From Podarcis tiliguerta (taxonomy: Eukaryota): a stretch of DNA of 64,000 bases. Location: assembly GCA_965153285.1 (NCBI GenBank), contig OZ229110.1; one strand, 5' to 3'. How positions within the stretch are numbered: position 1 is the stretch's first letter; each line of letters starts with the position of its first letter. Of the stretch, positions 24,575 through 36,150 are shown in pieces. The notes below the pieces were generated by a model. It ran no database searches and was not told where the DNA came from. It saw only the letters and a list, made by a program, of their open reading frames with translations. The position numbers and the translations under genes are program-made.

Positions 24575-25591
24575 CAGGGGTGCTCAAACTTTTTTAACAG
24601 GGGGGCACTTCACTGTCCCTCAGACACTGTTGGGGGGCCAGACTATTGTTTGGGGAAAAAATATGAACGAATTCCTATGCACACTGCACATATTTTATTT
24701 GTGGTGCACAAAAAACAGGGAAAACATCCTCACTAGATGAACCTTGGGGTCCCTTCCAACTTTACAATTCTATGGTTCTATGAAGCATTCCTGCCTCCAA
24801 CACTGGAAGCAAAGCAGAATCTGCATTGCAGACCCCTAGGTGGGGAGACCTCTCTTTTGACCATATTTTAGCATCTCCAATGTCATTTGTGCAGAATCTT
24901 TCACATCTTTATCCACTAGACGATCCTCACAGTTAGGCGCAAAGATCGCGCCTTGAGAAGGCTCTGGTCGGTCTTGCACAACTTCAGGGCTGCCCCCGAC
25001 AAGGAAAATGGGTCTTCCGTTGGGACAAGACCCACCCTTTCCCTGGCTGAGCTCAGAGCCGGCCCTGATCCCTGGAAGTGTTGCGTCCCCTTCCTTGCCA
25101 CCCATCCCCAACAGCACAGACCTCGGGCTCTTCAGGCTCCCCCAGCACATGAATGGCGGGGAAGGCGCCCAATGACTGATTCAGCATCGTGGTGGAAGGC
25201 GGGGGCTTTTTGGCAAGCCAAGTTGGGGCTGGGCAGCCGATTCTGCAGCCGGGGCCGCTGCTGCTCCATTGACGGGTGGCGTGGCAGCAGCAGTAAGGAG
25301 GAAGAGGTTGCACATTGCTCACCTGCCTGGGTCTGCCCCGGTGCCACCTATGATGCTGATGCTGGTGAAGTGGATGGGAGACGGCGATGCATGCACCAGG
25401 CGTGCCTTGAGCCAACAGAGATGCCAGGCACCTGCCGGAGGAGGTGGAGGAGGTAGGTGAGCAGCGATTGCAGTACTTCTTTTTGCTATAGACCCATTAG
25501 ACAGTGGTGGGTTCTGCAATTGCTGGGTGGGCCGGGTTCCAGACCCTGTAGGGCTGGATCTGGCCCACGGATCGTAGTTTGAGGACCCCTG
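24575..25591. mobile_element. Non-autonomous hAT transposon of the OposCharlie1 (OC1)/nhAT type with unrelated internal sequence
   Basis: TIRs CAGGGGTGCTCAAACT and AGTTTGAGGACCCCTG; perfect 8-bp TSD ATCTAAAC (24567-24574 and 25592-25599); left subterminal TTCACTGTCCCTCAGAC...ATGAACGAATTCCTATGCACACTGCACATAT matches recalled OC1-family MITEs. Confidence 0.9.
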
Positions 25592-28136
25592 ATCTAAACA
25601 AATAACCATGGGTACCAGTGGAGGATTCCGTTAAATTTCAAATATGAAGTGATTTGTGTCAGAACTAGGGCAGGTTGAGAAAGAATTGAAGTTTCTCGTT
25701 GCCCACCCCACCAACCTGAAACTGTTCAGACTTCCCATCGACTGCTATTTACATAACAACACAGGTGCAAATTGATTACACTCATGCAATTTTCACCACA
25801 AAGTGGTACCTATCGAAATGGTAATTTGGCAGGGATCTCTTGCAGGACTTTTCCAACTCTGTAATTCTACAGCACCCCTACAAACCCCCAACTGCAAATG
25901 GGCAAGGCTATCCCAATTCATGACTTTCTTACCACAAAGTTATAAAGACTCTGGCTCCCACTACAGCTTTTCGTTGTGTGCTGCTACCGTGTCAGAGGAT
26001 GGGAGGTTCTGCACAAGACTGCAGGCAAGACACTCAGATTCAGGCCTCACAGTGTTTGTAAATTTGGCCTCGTTCCTACATAAAGATATCCTGCTGCTGA
26101 GGTTGTGTTTGCAGATCCCATCTCTGTGGTGATAAGATCTGCAAACCTTCTCTTCTTAGCTCTAATCCTGGCAGCCACGAGTTTTTATAAGATGGAAAAC
26201 AACAAAGCCACTCAAAGTGCAAGGCAAAAAAGAAAAAAAAAAGGAAGGGGGAGCAGCAGCAGCAGTAGCATAATGTTGATTTTCTCCAAATAGTATATAA
26301 CAATTAAGCTTTTAAATACCAACCTCCCCCCATCACAAAGTTTCTAAACCAAAGCTGTCCAAATGAAGGAAAGGCTATGTTGATTATCAGTGGTTGGCCC
26401 AACCTCTACGACTAGCTAGAATAACCAGCACTATGAACAAGAAATAGCAACAAGAAAGGAGAAGCAAAAATGGAGAATGTAAAAGTTTGGAGTTCAGTTC
26501 ATAGGGATGCTGCAACAAATGCCGGAATCCAGATTGATATCTGGGCCTCCTTAAATTCTGGAAATCAATGCAGCAAGGTTTGGAGCAAAGCACTTGCAAG
26601 CAATAGATATATCTGCTGCTTACATCCCTCATAATGCAGAAGAAAGAGTAGTCAACCATGCACAAGGGGATGTTCCTGGAGTGCCTGCCAGGTATTTTGT
26701 GGTCCTATCTTTGGAACTCTCAATCCCATCCTGTAGTCAGCTGCTTCGCCTGAGCCAGACTGTGTCCTGGCCTGGATTAAGTAGCCATGGAAGAGCCCCT
26801 TCTTCCACGGTTAGAACTATTTATAGCTCGAGAAGCCAACTATCAGCTTAAATTACAGACACCACTTTCTTCAACATTCAAGAGTAATTGGATCCAGGTT
26901 TTTCTTAGGACTCATCCCTTTTGATTTAACAGGAGCTCTCAAATGTACAGGACGTGCTTATCGGATCTCTGGGGATACACGGGTTGCAAATCATTACAGC
27001 ATGGGATTTTGCCTGCTTCCTGCATATGGTACGGCTGGAGAGGGATCCAGTGTCATCATTTCTCCGAGTGTGTCAGCAGCACACTGTTCTCGGAAGAACA
27101 ACTTCAACGCTGTCATAATGGCGGAGGTAGCCTTCTTCAACTATCTGAGGAGCTGTCACCAAGAAGGGAGCAAAGCAGCAGGATTCAAGCCTGCACAACA
27201 GCTGAAAAGCAGGGTTAAATCCTGCTCAGTGCATTTCTATACATATCCACTCAGAAGCCAGTCCCATTGAATTCAGTGGAGCTTATTCCCTCGCAAATTT
27301 GCAGTCTTTGTACCCATTTACTAGGGCATAAGATGCATTCAGCTCGGTGTACATGTATAGGAATACCCTGTAAGCCTTTCTAGCACAGGGGTAGCTAACA
27401 TTCCCCCCTCCCAGCCCAGGGCAGCATTCCCAGTTAGTCAGTCCATCAGGGGCTGGGGGTTGTTGTGTGGCCACTCCAAACTGCTGCATGCACCTTCTCA
27501 GACAAACCTTTCCGTCCACTCCAGCACCATATCCACCTTATCTTTTTCTTCTTTTTGCTGCCACTGCAGAAAAAAATTGGGCAGTGGGACAGTTCAGATA
27601 CCTAGACTATCCACCCCTACTTAAGCAGCTAGGGAGCGGGGGAGAGAGACATCAATTTAAGCAGAAACTCCACTCCCTGTCAAAATGGGAACTCACATTC
27701 TGCCTGCTGCATTTGGTTTAAGTTTGGAAGTCACTGTGTTCTAGCAGCAAGGAAAACTGGATAGATGTTCCTGACATAGATTTATTTTGGTATATCCAGT
27801 TTCTGGGCTTTAGTTTATCAGCACCAAAATTAAGGCCAAATATTTTAATGCACTGAGCAGTCGTCAGTCATCCCTGGTTTATCCTCCCCAGCAGTCAGAT
27901 TTTTAGAAGTACTCAACTGTGTTAGGAAACCGAAATAGATTACCTTAAAAAACTTTTGTTTCCCTGCGATCATCTGTATTTGCTGGGTTTCCTGGTGTTC
28001 CTTTCTTCATCACACACTGTTATTGTTTACTTTGCCCTTTCCCTTTTGTACAGATGTGTGTATTTTTCCAAAGAAAAAAGGGTATATTACTGTATTTCAA
28101 GCAAAATGTGGCTGGAAAGCTACAAAAACTGTATTA

Positions 28137-28423
28137 CCGTATTTTTCGCCCTATAGGACGCACTTTTCCCCTCCAAAAATGAAGGGGAAATGTGTGTGCG
28201 CCCTATGGGGCGAATGCAGGCTTCAGGAAGCTATCAGCGCCCCCCAGGCTTCGGGCTTTGCGCAGCTCTCCGCAAGCCGTGGGAGAGCTGTGTGAAGTCG
28301 CGCAGCTCTCCCACCTCTTGAGGAGAGCTGCCTGCACCCAGGAATATTTTTTTTCTTTATTTCCCCCCCAAAAAACTAGGTGCGCCCTATGGGCCGGTGC
28401 GCCCTATGGGGCAAAAAATACGG
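28137..28423. mobile_element. Tc1/mariner-superfamily (pogo/Tc2-type) MITE, young
   Basis: 27-bp TIRs CCGTATTTTTCGCCCTATAGGACGCAC and GTGCGCCCTATGGGGCAAAAAATACGG; TA TSD on both sides; internal GCGCCCTATGGG repeats; CpGs retained. Confidence 0.92.
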
Positions 28424-28589
28424 TATGTGGACGTTTTCTAAACTGGTTTTCTTTTTAACTTCCCCAGAAGCTGCTATATGTTTTGCCACACTACGAACAT
28501 AAGACCACTCTTATGCTTCAGATGACGCACATGGGAAAGATCTGCTTCCAGATACATAATCTCCTTCCAATGATCATGTTGCATCCTAC

Positions 28590-28978
28590 AGTAGGAATGG
28601 GAAAATCTCTCAGTTTTTGTTTCCTTTCAGTTCCTCATTGTTTTACATTTCTACATCAGTTTGCAATTTATTTGGTTTAAACCCTCATGAAAATTCACCA
28701 ACATTTTGGTGTGAACTTCTTCTAATATCCAATTTTGCCTAATATACCAATTTTTTACAATGCATTTCCCTCAAATATAATGCATTTGAATGTTATTTTC
28801 ACTAATATATGCCTTTTATGAACATCGTATCCCAATCTATGCATTTTTAAAATGTGGTTGGAAAACTGCATTGCAAAATTCAGAGAACAGTGAACTCTGA
28901 ACAGTGTTTTTTGAAAAGCTCAAATTACAGACAGTTTAGCATTCAAATGTGAAATGAATTGAATTTGTCCCCCATTCT
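28590..28978. mobile_element. hAT(Ac)-like repeat, copy 3
   Basis: Ends taggaatggg...cccattct; internal similarity to 56885-57335. Confidence 0.65.
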
Positions 28979-30439
28979 GATCACCCAGTAAACTTTTCTT
29001 CTCTGATTTAAGTTTCTTTTTTAAAGCTGCCAGCTTCAAAAATCTTGGCATCTTGCCTGAGTGCTTCCAAGTATGTGTAGAAATTTTCTCTGAAGAAAAT
29101 TAAGGGTTTTTTGTTTGTTTGTTTTTGTCAAATAACAGAATAGCAGAATGCCCCCTACAAATATGTCCAGTACCTGTCTGTTATGAAAGAAACTCTCCCT
29201 CACCTGGCTGGACATGCTGTGGAATCCTCTTCCCTATTAAGAGCCATCAGGTTTACAACTGGGACCCCACATTTCTGTATAGAGCAACCCTGGGTGCTAA
29301 GTCCCATAATGGAGTATTTCCCTAGGCCATTGGCTATGCTTGCTGGGGCTGATGGAGTCCAGAGCATGTGGAGGGCACCAGGCTGGGGAATGCTGCTCTA
29401 AGTAGACAGTTCCTGGATACTAGAATGACTCTACCCAACCAAGCTGACTATTGGCCCACTTCAATGGAAAGGACTATGAAGGTTTTCTGTTCAGATTGGG
29501 ACTTCAACAGTATTTAGCAGCTCTGCATTGCCCTGACTCCTAGGCTAATCTGATCTCAATTCCTGGACCCCACCTCTGCTCTTATTACAGCTTGACCTTC
29601 TAGTTCATGGCTCCCACTCAATGTCTACCTCCAGCTCAGCTCTGACACACCCTATCTCAGAAGGGCAGAGACACTTACCTGAACTGCTGCCAAGCACTTA
29701 CAGGGAGAGGATGAAAGGCAAGGCAATGGAAAAGGCAGTGTGGTGCAAGTTGACCAGCAGAGCCAATCTGGTGTTCCTGCTGGTGGGCTTGCACTCTGCC
29801 ACCATCCTCTCCAACTTGCCCTTCTTCCCTGTAAGCAGCAGTGACGCACCTTCCAGGAGGTCAGACAAGTGCTTCTATTCCACCATGATGTCCACCTCTG
29901 CCCTAACAGCCTGTCTAAATTGGTGGTGGCCTCGATGGGTCTGTGGTCAGATTGCAGTCCACCACCCACTGAAGACTCAGCTTGACAGAATGAAAGAGTC
30001 ATGGACTCTAGTTTGGGTTGGTGGCTTGCCTCCACATGAAAGCATTCAACTTTACCGAATGCATTCTGCAAAGTTGTCCTTAGCAATCTTTTATCAAGCA
30101 ACAGATGTGCACACTTTTGCATCCACAGCATATGCTCTGCAAAAGCAACAAGTTCCACACGAGACTGTCAGTGTGCTCTGACAGTTCATACTTCACTTAG
30201 AGATTTCTTCCCCCTGGCTTTCCATCCTCTGATTCTGTCATCAAGCCAAGAGAGGAACATTCTGCCAGGGCGTGTACAGTTTTGGCTGGTTGGCAGACTT
30301 AGCATATTCTATGGTACATGATATGATCTACACACAACCTGATTGATAGCCATGTTGGACACCTCACCAGCCATTTATCAACATATTATTCATTAATATC
30401 ATCTGTGGCCTGGCACATTTCATTTTTGTTTTTTTGCCT

Positions 30440-30582
30440 TGAACACATGCTTGAAGAAGGGAAGTTCTGTGTGACTTGAAGGCTCACTTCCAGCATTTTG
30501 AATCTTAGTTGACCTCGGGGAAAGGCATCCATTTGCCCTTTCTAGAGTTTTGTTCTGCACAACAAACCAACATGGCTACTCA
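30440..30582 (+). mobile_element. Penelope-like element terminal fragment, degenerate
   Basis: ttgaagaaggg...tgaaggctcac...ttagttgacct...caaaccaacatggctac follows the layout of squamate Penelope ends. Confidence 0.45.
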
Positions 30583-31087
30583 GATTCTGATCTTATTTAT
30601 TTGTTTATCCAAGCAGGAGATCTAAGCATGGCAAGAATCAAAATGATCTGGCAGGTTTCCACCTGGCACACGATCCTCTTACTTAACATTTTCCCCACTC
30701 CACCCTTCCAACTGAATCATACTAGCAACAAGAGATCGAAAAGGTCTATAAGGTCATGCAGTCCATACAGATGCCACTGTGGGATTGTTGTTCTCTGTAT
30801 AGAGATTTGGCCAGTCCAGCCTTAAGTGACTCAACCTGCGGGGTTTCCATCACTTCCCTTGGGGAGATTATTCCACAGGCTTCGCGGACCTCACGGTTAG
30901 GAATATTTTCCTTTGCTCAGTTTTCATCCTGTTTCTCTCATTCATCCCTCTTCAGCAACTCCCTGAGTGATGGACCTTCTTCTTTCTTGGATGATCATCA
31001 GAGAGTTACATGGTGTTCCCTTGTCCTCCAGCTAAGCAGTCATGAAGCCAGAATTAATAAGCCTCTTTTCAAACCTTGTGTTGATAT

Positions 31088-31088
<1 letters not shown>

Positions 31089-31114
<26 letters not shown>
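31089..31114. repeat. (GT)n microsatellite
   Basis: Direct read. Confidence 0.95.
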
Positions 31115-31119
<5 letters not shown>

Positions 31120-32006
31120 TGGAAATAACAAATGTCAAACCAAAATTAAAATGGGAAAAAGCCCCAAAACCGTGCTCACTCCCAAACCGGTAAACCCTTT
31201 GCCAGATTTAATCCCTGAGTTAATTTACTATGGCTGAGTAACAAAACTTCACAAGTGAAAAGGAAAAACACGACTATTGGCATATTAAAAAATGCTTACT
31301 TGAAAGGATTCAGGCCTAGTCTACCCAATTGCAGATAGATGAATCCATGATTCCTAGATTAAATGACTTTGGACTGCAAGTGAAGGGCTGCATGCTTGAC
31401 TTCTCCCCCCGTTCTCCTTGGCTGCCACAAAACATTTCTTCTGCCTCAGGCAAAAGATAGTGTCCCACCCCACTTTCCATATACACAAACCAACCAGTCC
31501 AGCTGTTGAATCTTACTCCAGTACTGGTGATGGAGCAACAGACTTGTTTGGAGAGGACAGGACAATCCTCTGCCGCCTGCCCTCTGCTGTCCCTAGTGGT
31601 ATAGTTCAGAAACAGCTTTTTAGCTGCCCCAAGACTTCAGAGATTGATCAGGCATTGGTGCAGAGAGACAGCCCTGAAGTAGTGTGACCCCAAGCCTTTT
31701 AGGTCTTTAGCTGTCATAACCAGCACACTGAACTAAGCCCATTCCAGAAACGTATTTCTAGCAACTGGAATATACACATTTCAAAGGACCTTCCCTCAGC
31801 CTGGTACCTTCCTGAAGTTGTTGGACTGCAACTCCAGCATTGCCAGTGGTCAGAAGTGATGGAAGTTGGAGTCCAGCAACAACGGGAGACCACCAGGTTG
31901 GAGAAGGCTGTAGCACGGGGAAAGTAACGGATCATAAGGGAACCCCAATTCTCCATGGCTGCACATGGTGAGAAACAGAGGTGTTTCCAAAGTAACACCT
32001 GAAGAG

Positions 32007-32007
<1 letters not shown>

Positions 32008-32050
<43 letters not shown>
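32008..32050. repeat. (TAA)n microsatellite, tail of the L2 insertion
   Basis: Perfect ATA/TAA run abutting the L2 3' end. Confidence 0.95.
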
Positions 32051-32690
32051 TTATTATTTGTACCCCGCCCATCTGGCTGGGTTTCCCCAGCCACTCTGGG
32101 CGGCTTCCATAGAAACAAAAAATACAGTAAAATATCACAGATTAAAAACTTCCCTGAACAGGGCTGCCTTAAGATGTCTTCTAAATGTCAGGTAGTTATT
32201 TATCGCTTTGACATCTGCTGGGAGGGCGTTCCACAGGGCGGGCGCCACTACCAAGAAGGCCCTCTGCCTGGTTCCCTGTAGCTTTGCTTCTCGCAATGAG
32301 GGAACCGCCAGGAGGCCCTCGGAGCTGGACCTCAGTGTCCGGGCAGAACGATGGGGGTGGAGACGCTCCTTCAGGTATACTGGGCCGAGGCCGTTTAGGG
32401 CTTTAAAGGTCAACACCAACACTTTGAATTGTGCTCGGAAACGTACTGGGAGCCAATGTAGGTCTTTCAAGACCGGTGTTATGTGGTCTCGGCGGCCGCC
32501 CCCAGTCACCAGTCTAGCTGCTGCATTCTGGATTAGTTGTAGTTTCCGAGTCACCTTCAAAGGTAGCCCCACGTAGAGCGCATTGCAGTAGTCCAAGCGG
32601 GAGATAACCAGAGCATGCACCACTCTGGCGAGACAGTCCGCGGGCAGGTAGGGTCTCAGCCTGCGTACCAGGTGGAGTTGGTAGATAGAG
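32051..32690 (-). mobile_element. Young 5'-truncated L2 LINE with an open ORF2 C-terminus
   Basis: ORF 32135-32701 reads VHALVISRLDYCNALYVGLP...LQLIQNAAARLV...HITPVLKDLHWLPVRFRAQFK...RAFLVVAPALWNALP...FRRHLKAALF; CpGs intact; 3' UTR and microsatellite tail present. Confidence 0.95.
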
Positions 32691-33304
32691 CGTGTGAACA
32701 ACTGTACTCAAATAAACAAATTGAATTCTTGACAAATACAGAGACGTGGTTCATCCCTTATATTAACATACTATAAAATAATAACATTGCTAAAGATCTA
32801 GCTATACATATATGTTTATAACAACATAAGTGCCTAATGTGAATTGGATACATGCATCTGGCATGCTCCTTGAAGCTACCATCCTGGTATTAGTTATAGT
32901 GTACCATAGATCATGTAACTAATATCTTCCGCCAAAAAAAAAAATCTCCTGTGCTTCTGTAAAACGTGAGAAATGGGGGAGCCTGCAGGATGTAGCATTG
33001 TTGTGTAGAGCAGACGAGCCGTATTCCTAAATGCTTTACAGATTGTAAACTATGCAGATGCTAAGGGCGAAGGGGAGGAAGTAGCTCCATCTGTGGTGTT
33101 TATAGCTTCCTTCCTTGCCACTCAGTCTCCTCCTTTCAGGGAACCGCTCCCACAAGGGAATCGGTTGTGGTGTTTTATGTCACTCTGCGCTGCCTGTGCG
33201 TGAATATATGTGCCCACATTTTCACGTATCCTTCCCTCGCAGGTGTACAGTTGCAATCGGTGAGGTGTGATAACTAAATGTTATCCCTTCAGTCATGTGA
33301 AGTC

Positions 33305-33440
33305 TAGGAAGCTTCCTTAATCGGTCAGACTGTTGGCTCATCTATCTCAGTATGTCTACACACTGATTGGCAGCAACTCTCCAGGGTTTCAGATACAAAT
33401 CTTTCCTTGCCTGGAACTGTAAGGGATTGAATCTTGATGA
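33305..33440 (-). mobile_element. tRNA-derived squamate SINE, degenerate
   Basis: aggaagcttcctt...tcagactgttggctcatctatctcag...ctgattggcagcaactctccagggtttcag...gggattgaatct; antisense of the family at 40403. Confidence 0.65.
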
Positions 33441-33674
33441 TATTCAGGTGCTGAATGAAGCTGCTTTTGTTTAAAAAGACTTTCCTTGGGGTATGACCCC
33501 GCCATTTAGTTCAAATTAATCATTTATCCATAGACATGTATATTTCACAATTTTTACAGTTCATAGAAATATTTATAATTGTTCTCAGAGTTTGTCTTTT
33601 ACCTTTTTAAAAACTTGTTGTGCACTCCTTTGATGGTCTCAGGCAATGTTCTCAGGCAATTTATGTATGTGTGT

Positions 33675-33847
33675 GTATCTATCTATCTATCTAATCTATC
33701 TATCATCTATCTATCTATCTATCATCTATCTATATCTACCAATCATCATCATCCCCCCTCTCTCTCTCATCTATCGATCATCTATCTTATCTTATCATCT
33801 TATCTTATCTTATCTATCTATCTGCTATCTATCAGCTATCTATCTAC
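33675..33847. repeat. Compound (TATC)n/(TCA)n/(TCTTA)n microsatellite
   Basis: Direct read; lies at the 3' end of the old L2. Confidence 0.9.
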
Positions 33848-33859
33848 ACATACATACTG

Positions 33860-35720
33860 CTTGATTATACTAAAACCTCAAAGTGGCTGACAAAAAGAAT
33901 AAAACAGGGAAATTATCACTAAAACTTTTTTTATACTATTTGAGATATTCAAAAAATGATCAAAATTGGTGATAAGCTAAAAACCACATTCAAACACATG
34001 TCCACAGCCTTCATGTGTGGATAGGCATGCTTACACAAAAGTGCTTTTAGCTGGCATCCACCTGATGTCAATTGTTAGGGAGTTCTAAAGTGTGGGTGCT
34101 GCCATGATAAAATATAAATTTCTTACAAATGCGGAATGAGCATTATGTGGCACCTGGAACAGTGTCAGTTCCTCAGTTGAGTGGGCATATATTGGTTAAG
34201 ATGATCTTGTAGGCAAACTGGTCCCAAGCTGTTAAGGGCTTTACATATATAATAAAAGTAATACACACAACGTGGCCCAGTAGCAAATCAGCAACCAGTG
34301 CAGGTCTCTGAGCACAGGTGTTATGTGCTGAAATGGTCTCACCCCTGTCAGGAACCATGGCACACAATTTTTCACTAACAGCAGCTTCCATAGAATCATA
34401 GAATCATAGAGTTGGAAGAGACCACAAGGGCCATCGAGTCCAACCCCCTGCCAAGCAGGAAACACCATCAGAGCACTCCTGACATATGGTTGTCAAGCCT
34501 CTGCTTAAAGACCTCCAAAGAAGGAGACTCCACCACACTCCTTGGCAGCAAATTCCACTGTCGAACAGCTCTTACTGTCAGGAAGTTCTTCCTAATGTTT
34601 AGGTGGAATCTTCTTTCTTGTAGTTTGGATCCATTGCTCTGTGTCCACTTCTCTGGAGCAGCAGAAAACAACCTTTCTCCCTCCTCTATATGACATCCTT
34701 TTATATATTTGAACATGGCTATCATATCACCCCTTAACCTCCTCTTCTCCAGGCTAAACATGCCCAGCTCCCTTAGCTGTTCCTCATAAGGCATCGTTTC
34801 CAGGCCTTTGACCATTTTGGTTGCCCTCCTCTGGACACGTTCCAGTTTGTCAGTGTCCTTCTTGAACTGTGGTGCCCAGAACTGGACACAGTACTCCAGG
34901 TGAGGTCTGACCAGAGCAGAATACAGTGGCACTATTACTTCCCTTTATCTAGATGCTATACTCCTATTGATGCAGCTCAGAATTGCATTGGCTTTTTTAG
35001 CTGCCGCGTCACACTGTTGGCTCATGTCAAGTTTGTGGTCAACCAAGACTCCTAGATCCTTTTCACATGTACTGCTCTCAAGCCAGGTGTCACCCATCTT
35101 GTATTTGTGCCTCTCATTTTTTTTGCCCAAATGCAATACTTTACATTTCTCCCTGTTAAAATTCATCTTGTTTGTTTTGGCCCAGTTCTCTAATCTGTCA
35201 AGGTCATTTTGAAGTGTGATCCTGTCCTCTGGGGTGTTAGCCACCCCTCCCAGTTTGGTGTCATCTGCAAATTTGATCAGGATGCCCTTGAGGATGGCAC
35301 ACAATTTTTCACTAACAGCAGCTTCCAGATCAAAAGCAAGGGATGCCCCACATATAGGGCTTTGCAGGAACCAAATTTTGAAGTAACCAATGCATGAACT
35401 ACTGTGGCCAAGCTTTCCCACTCTAGGAATGATAGTAGCTATTGTACCCATCACAATTGATAGGAGGCTACCTGAGCCTCCGGTGACAAAGCTGGATCTA
35501 GAAGCACCATCAGGCTGTAAACCTGCCGTCCAGGGTAGGCCATTGAATAAGTTTTCAGATGTGGGAACCACTCACTCACATTCCCTCTGTCTTGTGAGGA
35601 TTCAAGGTCAGCTTCCTTTTTCCTCATCAATCTCACCACTGCATCCAGGCACCGGTCCAGGGATTGCACAGCCTCTCAATTCAGATGTTGTGGAGAAATG
35701 GAGTTGGGCATTTTCAGCAT
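33860..35720 (-). mobile_element. Old L2 LINE (ORF2 region) interrupted by CR1
   Basis: HITPVLRDLHWL in ORF 34241-34468; L2-like antisense continues after 35327 (aagggatgccccacatatagggctttgcag, gattcaaggtcagcttc). Confidence 0.75.
34391..35289 (-). mobile_element. Young 5'-truncated CR1 LINE (RT C-terminus and 3' UTR)
   Basis: GILIKFADDTKLGG...QNDLDRLENWAKTNKMNFNREKCKVLHLG...[19 protein letters not shown]...; one in-frame TAA at 34945-34947 joins the two ORFs; (ATTCTATG)n tail. Confidence 0.97.
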
Positions 35721-35779
35721 GTTTCTTCTAGAAAAAAAGATGCTGGTACTGCATACCCATGAGTATCCTCAGAAAGTAA

Positions 35780-36150
35780 GGGAGCAGGTGACATGGTGGT
35801 CTAAACCACTGAGCCTCTTGGGCTTGCCAATCGGAAGGTCAGTGGTTTGAATCCCCGTGATGGAATGAAACTGTTCCAGTTTCTGCCAAAGTAGCAGTTC
35901 AAAAGCACACCAATGCAAGTAGATAAATAGCTACCACTGCAGCAGGAAGGTAAGTGGCATTTCCGTGCGCTCTGGCTTCCGTCACGGTGTTACATTGCAC
36001 CAGAAGTGGTTTAGTCATGCTGGCCACAAGACCCGGAAAGCTGTCTGTGGACAAACACTGGCTCCCTCAACCTGAAAGCAAGATGAGCGTCACAACCCCA
36101 TAGTTGCCTTTCACTGGACTTAACCATCCAGGGTTCTTTACCTTTACTTT
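35780..36150 (+). mobile_element. Sauria SINE
   Basis: GGTCTAAACCACTGAGCCTCTTGGGCTTGCC...AGTAGATAAATAG...GTCATGCTGGCCAC...(ACCTTT)n tail; CCTCAGAAA duplicated on both flanks; inserted into a small MITE (35718-36172). Confidence 0.92.

Noticed and set aside
24836-25150. Minus-strand 104-aa ORF inside the hAT cargo (…PIFLVGG…RLVDKDVKD…)
   Set aside because: Only a superficial resemblance to small-GTPase motifs; no G-box motifs and I cannot assign a family.
29621-30181. Overlapping 186-aa and 168-aa ORFs
   Set aside because: No recognisable protein family and no convincing splice signals.
31714-32195. ORFs with poly-Leu, poly-Tyr or poly-Ile tracts
   Set aside because: They are artefacts of the (TAA)n L2 tail.
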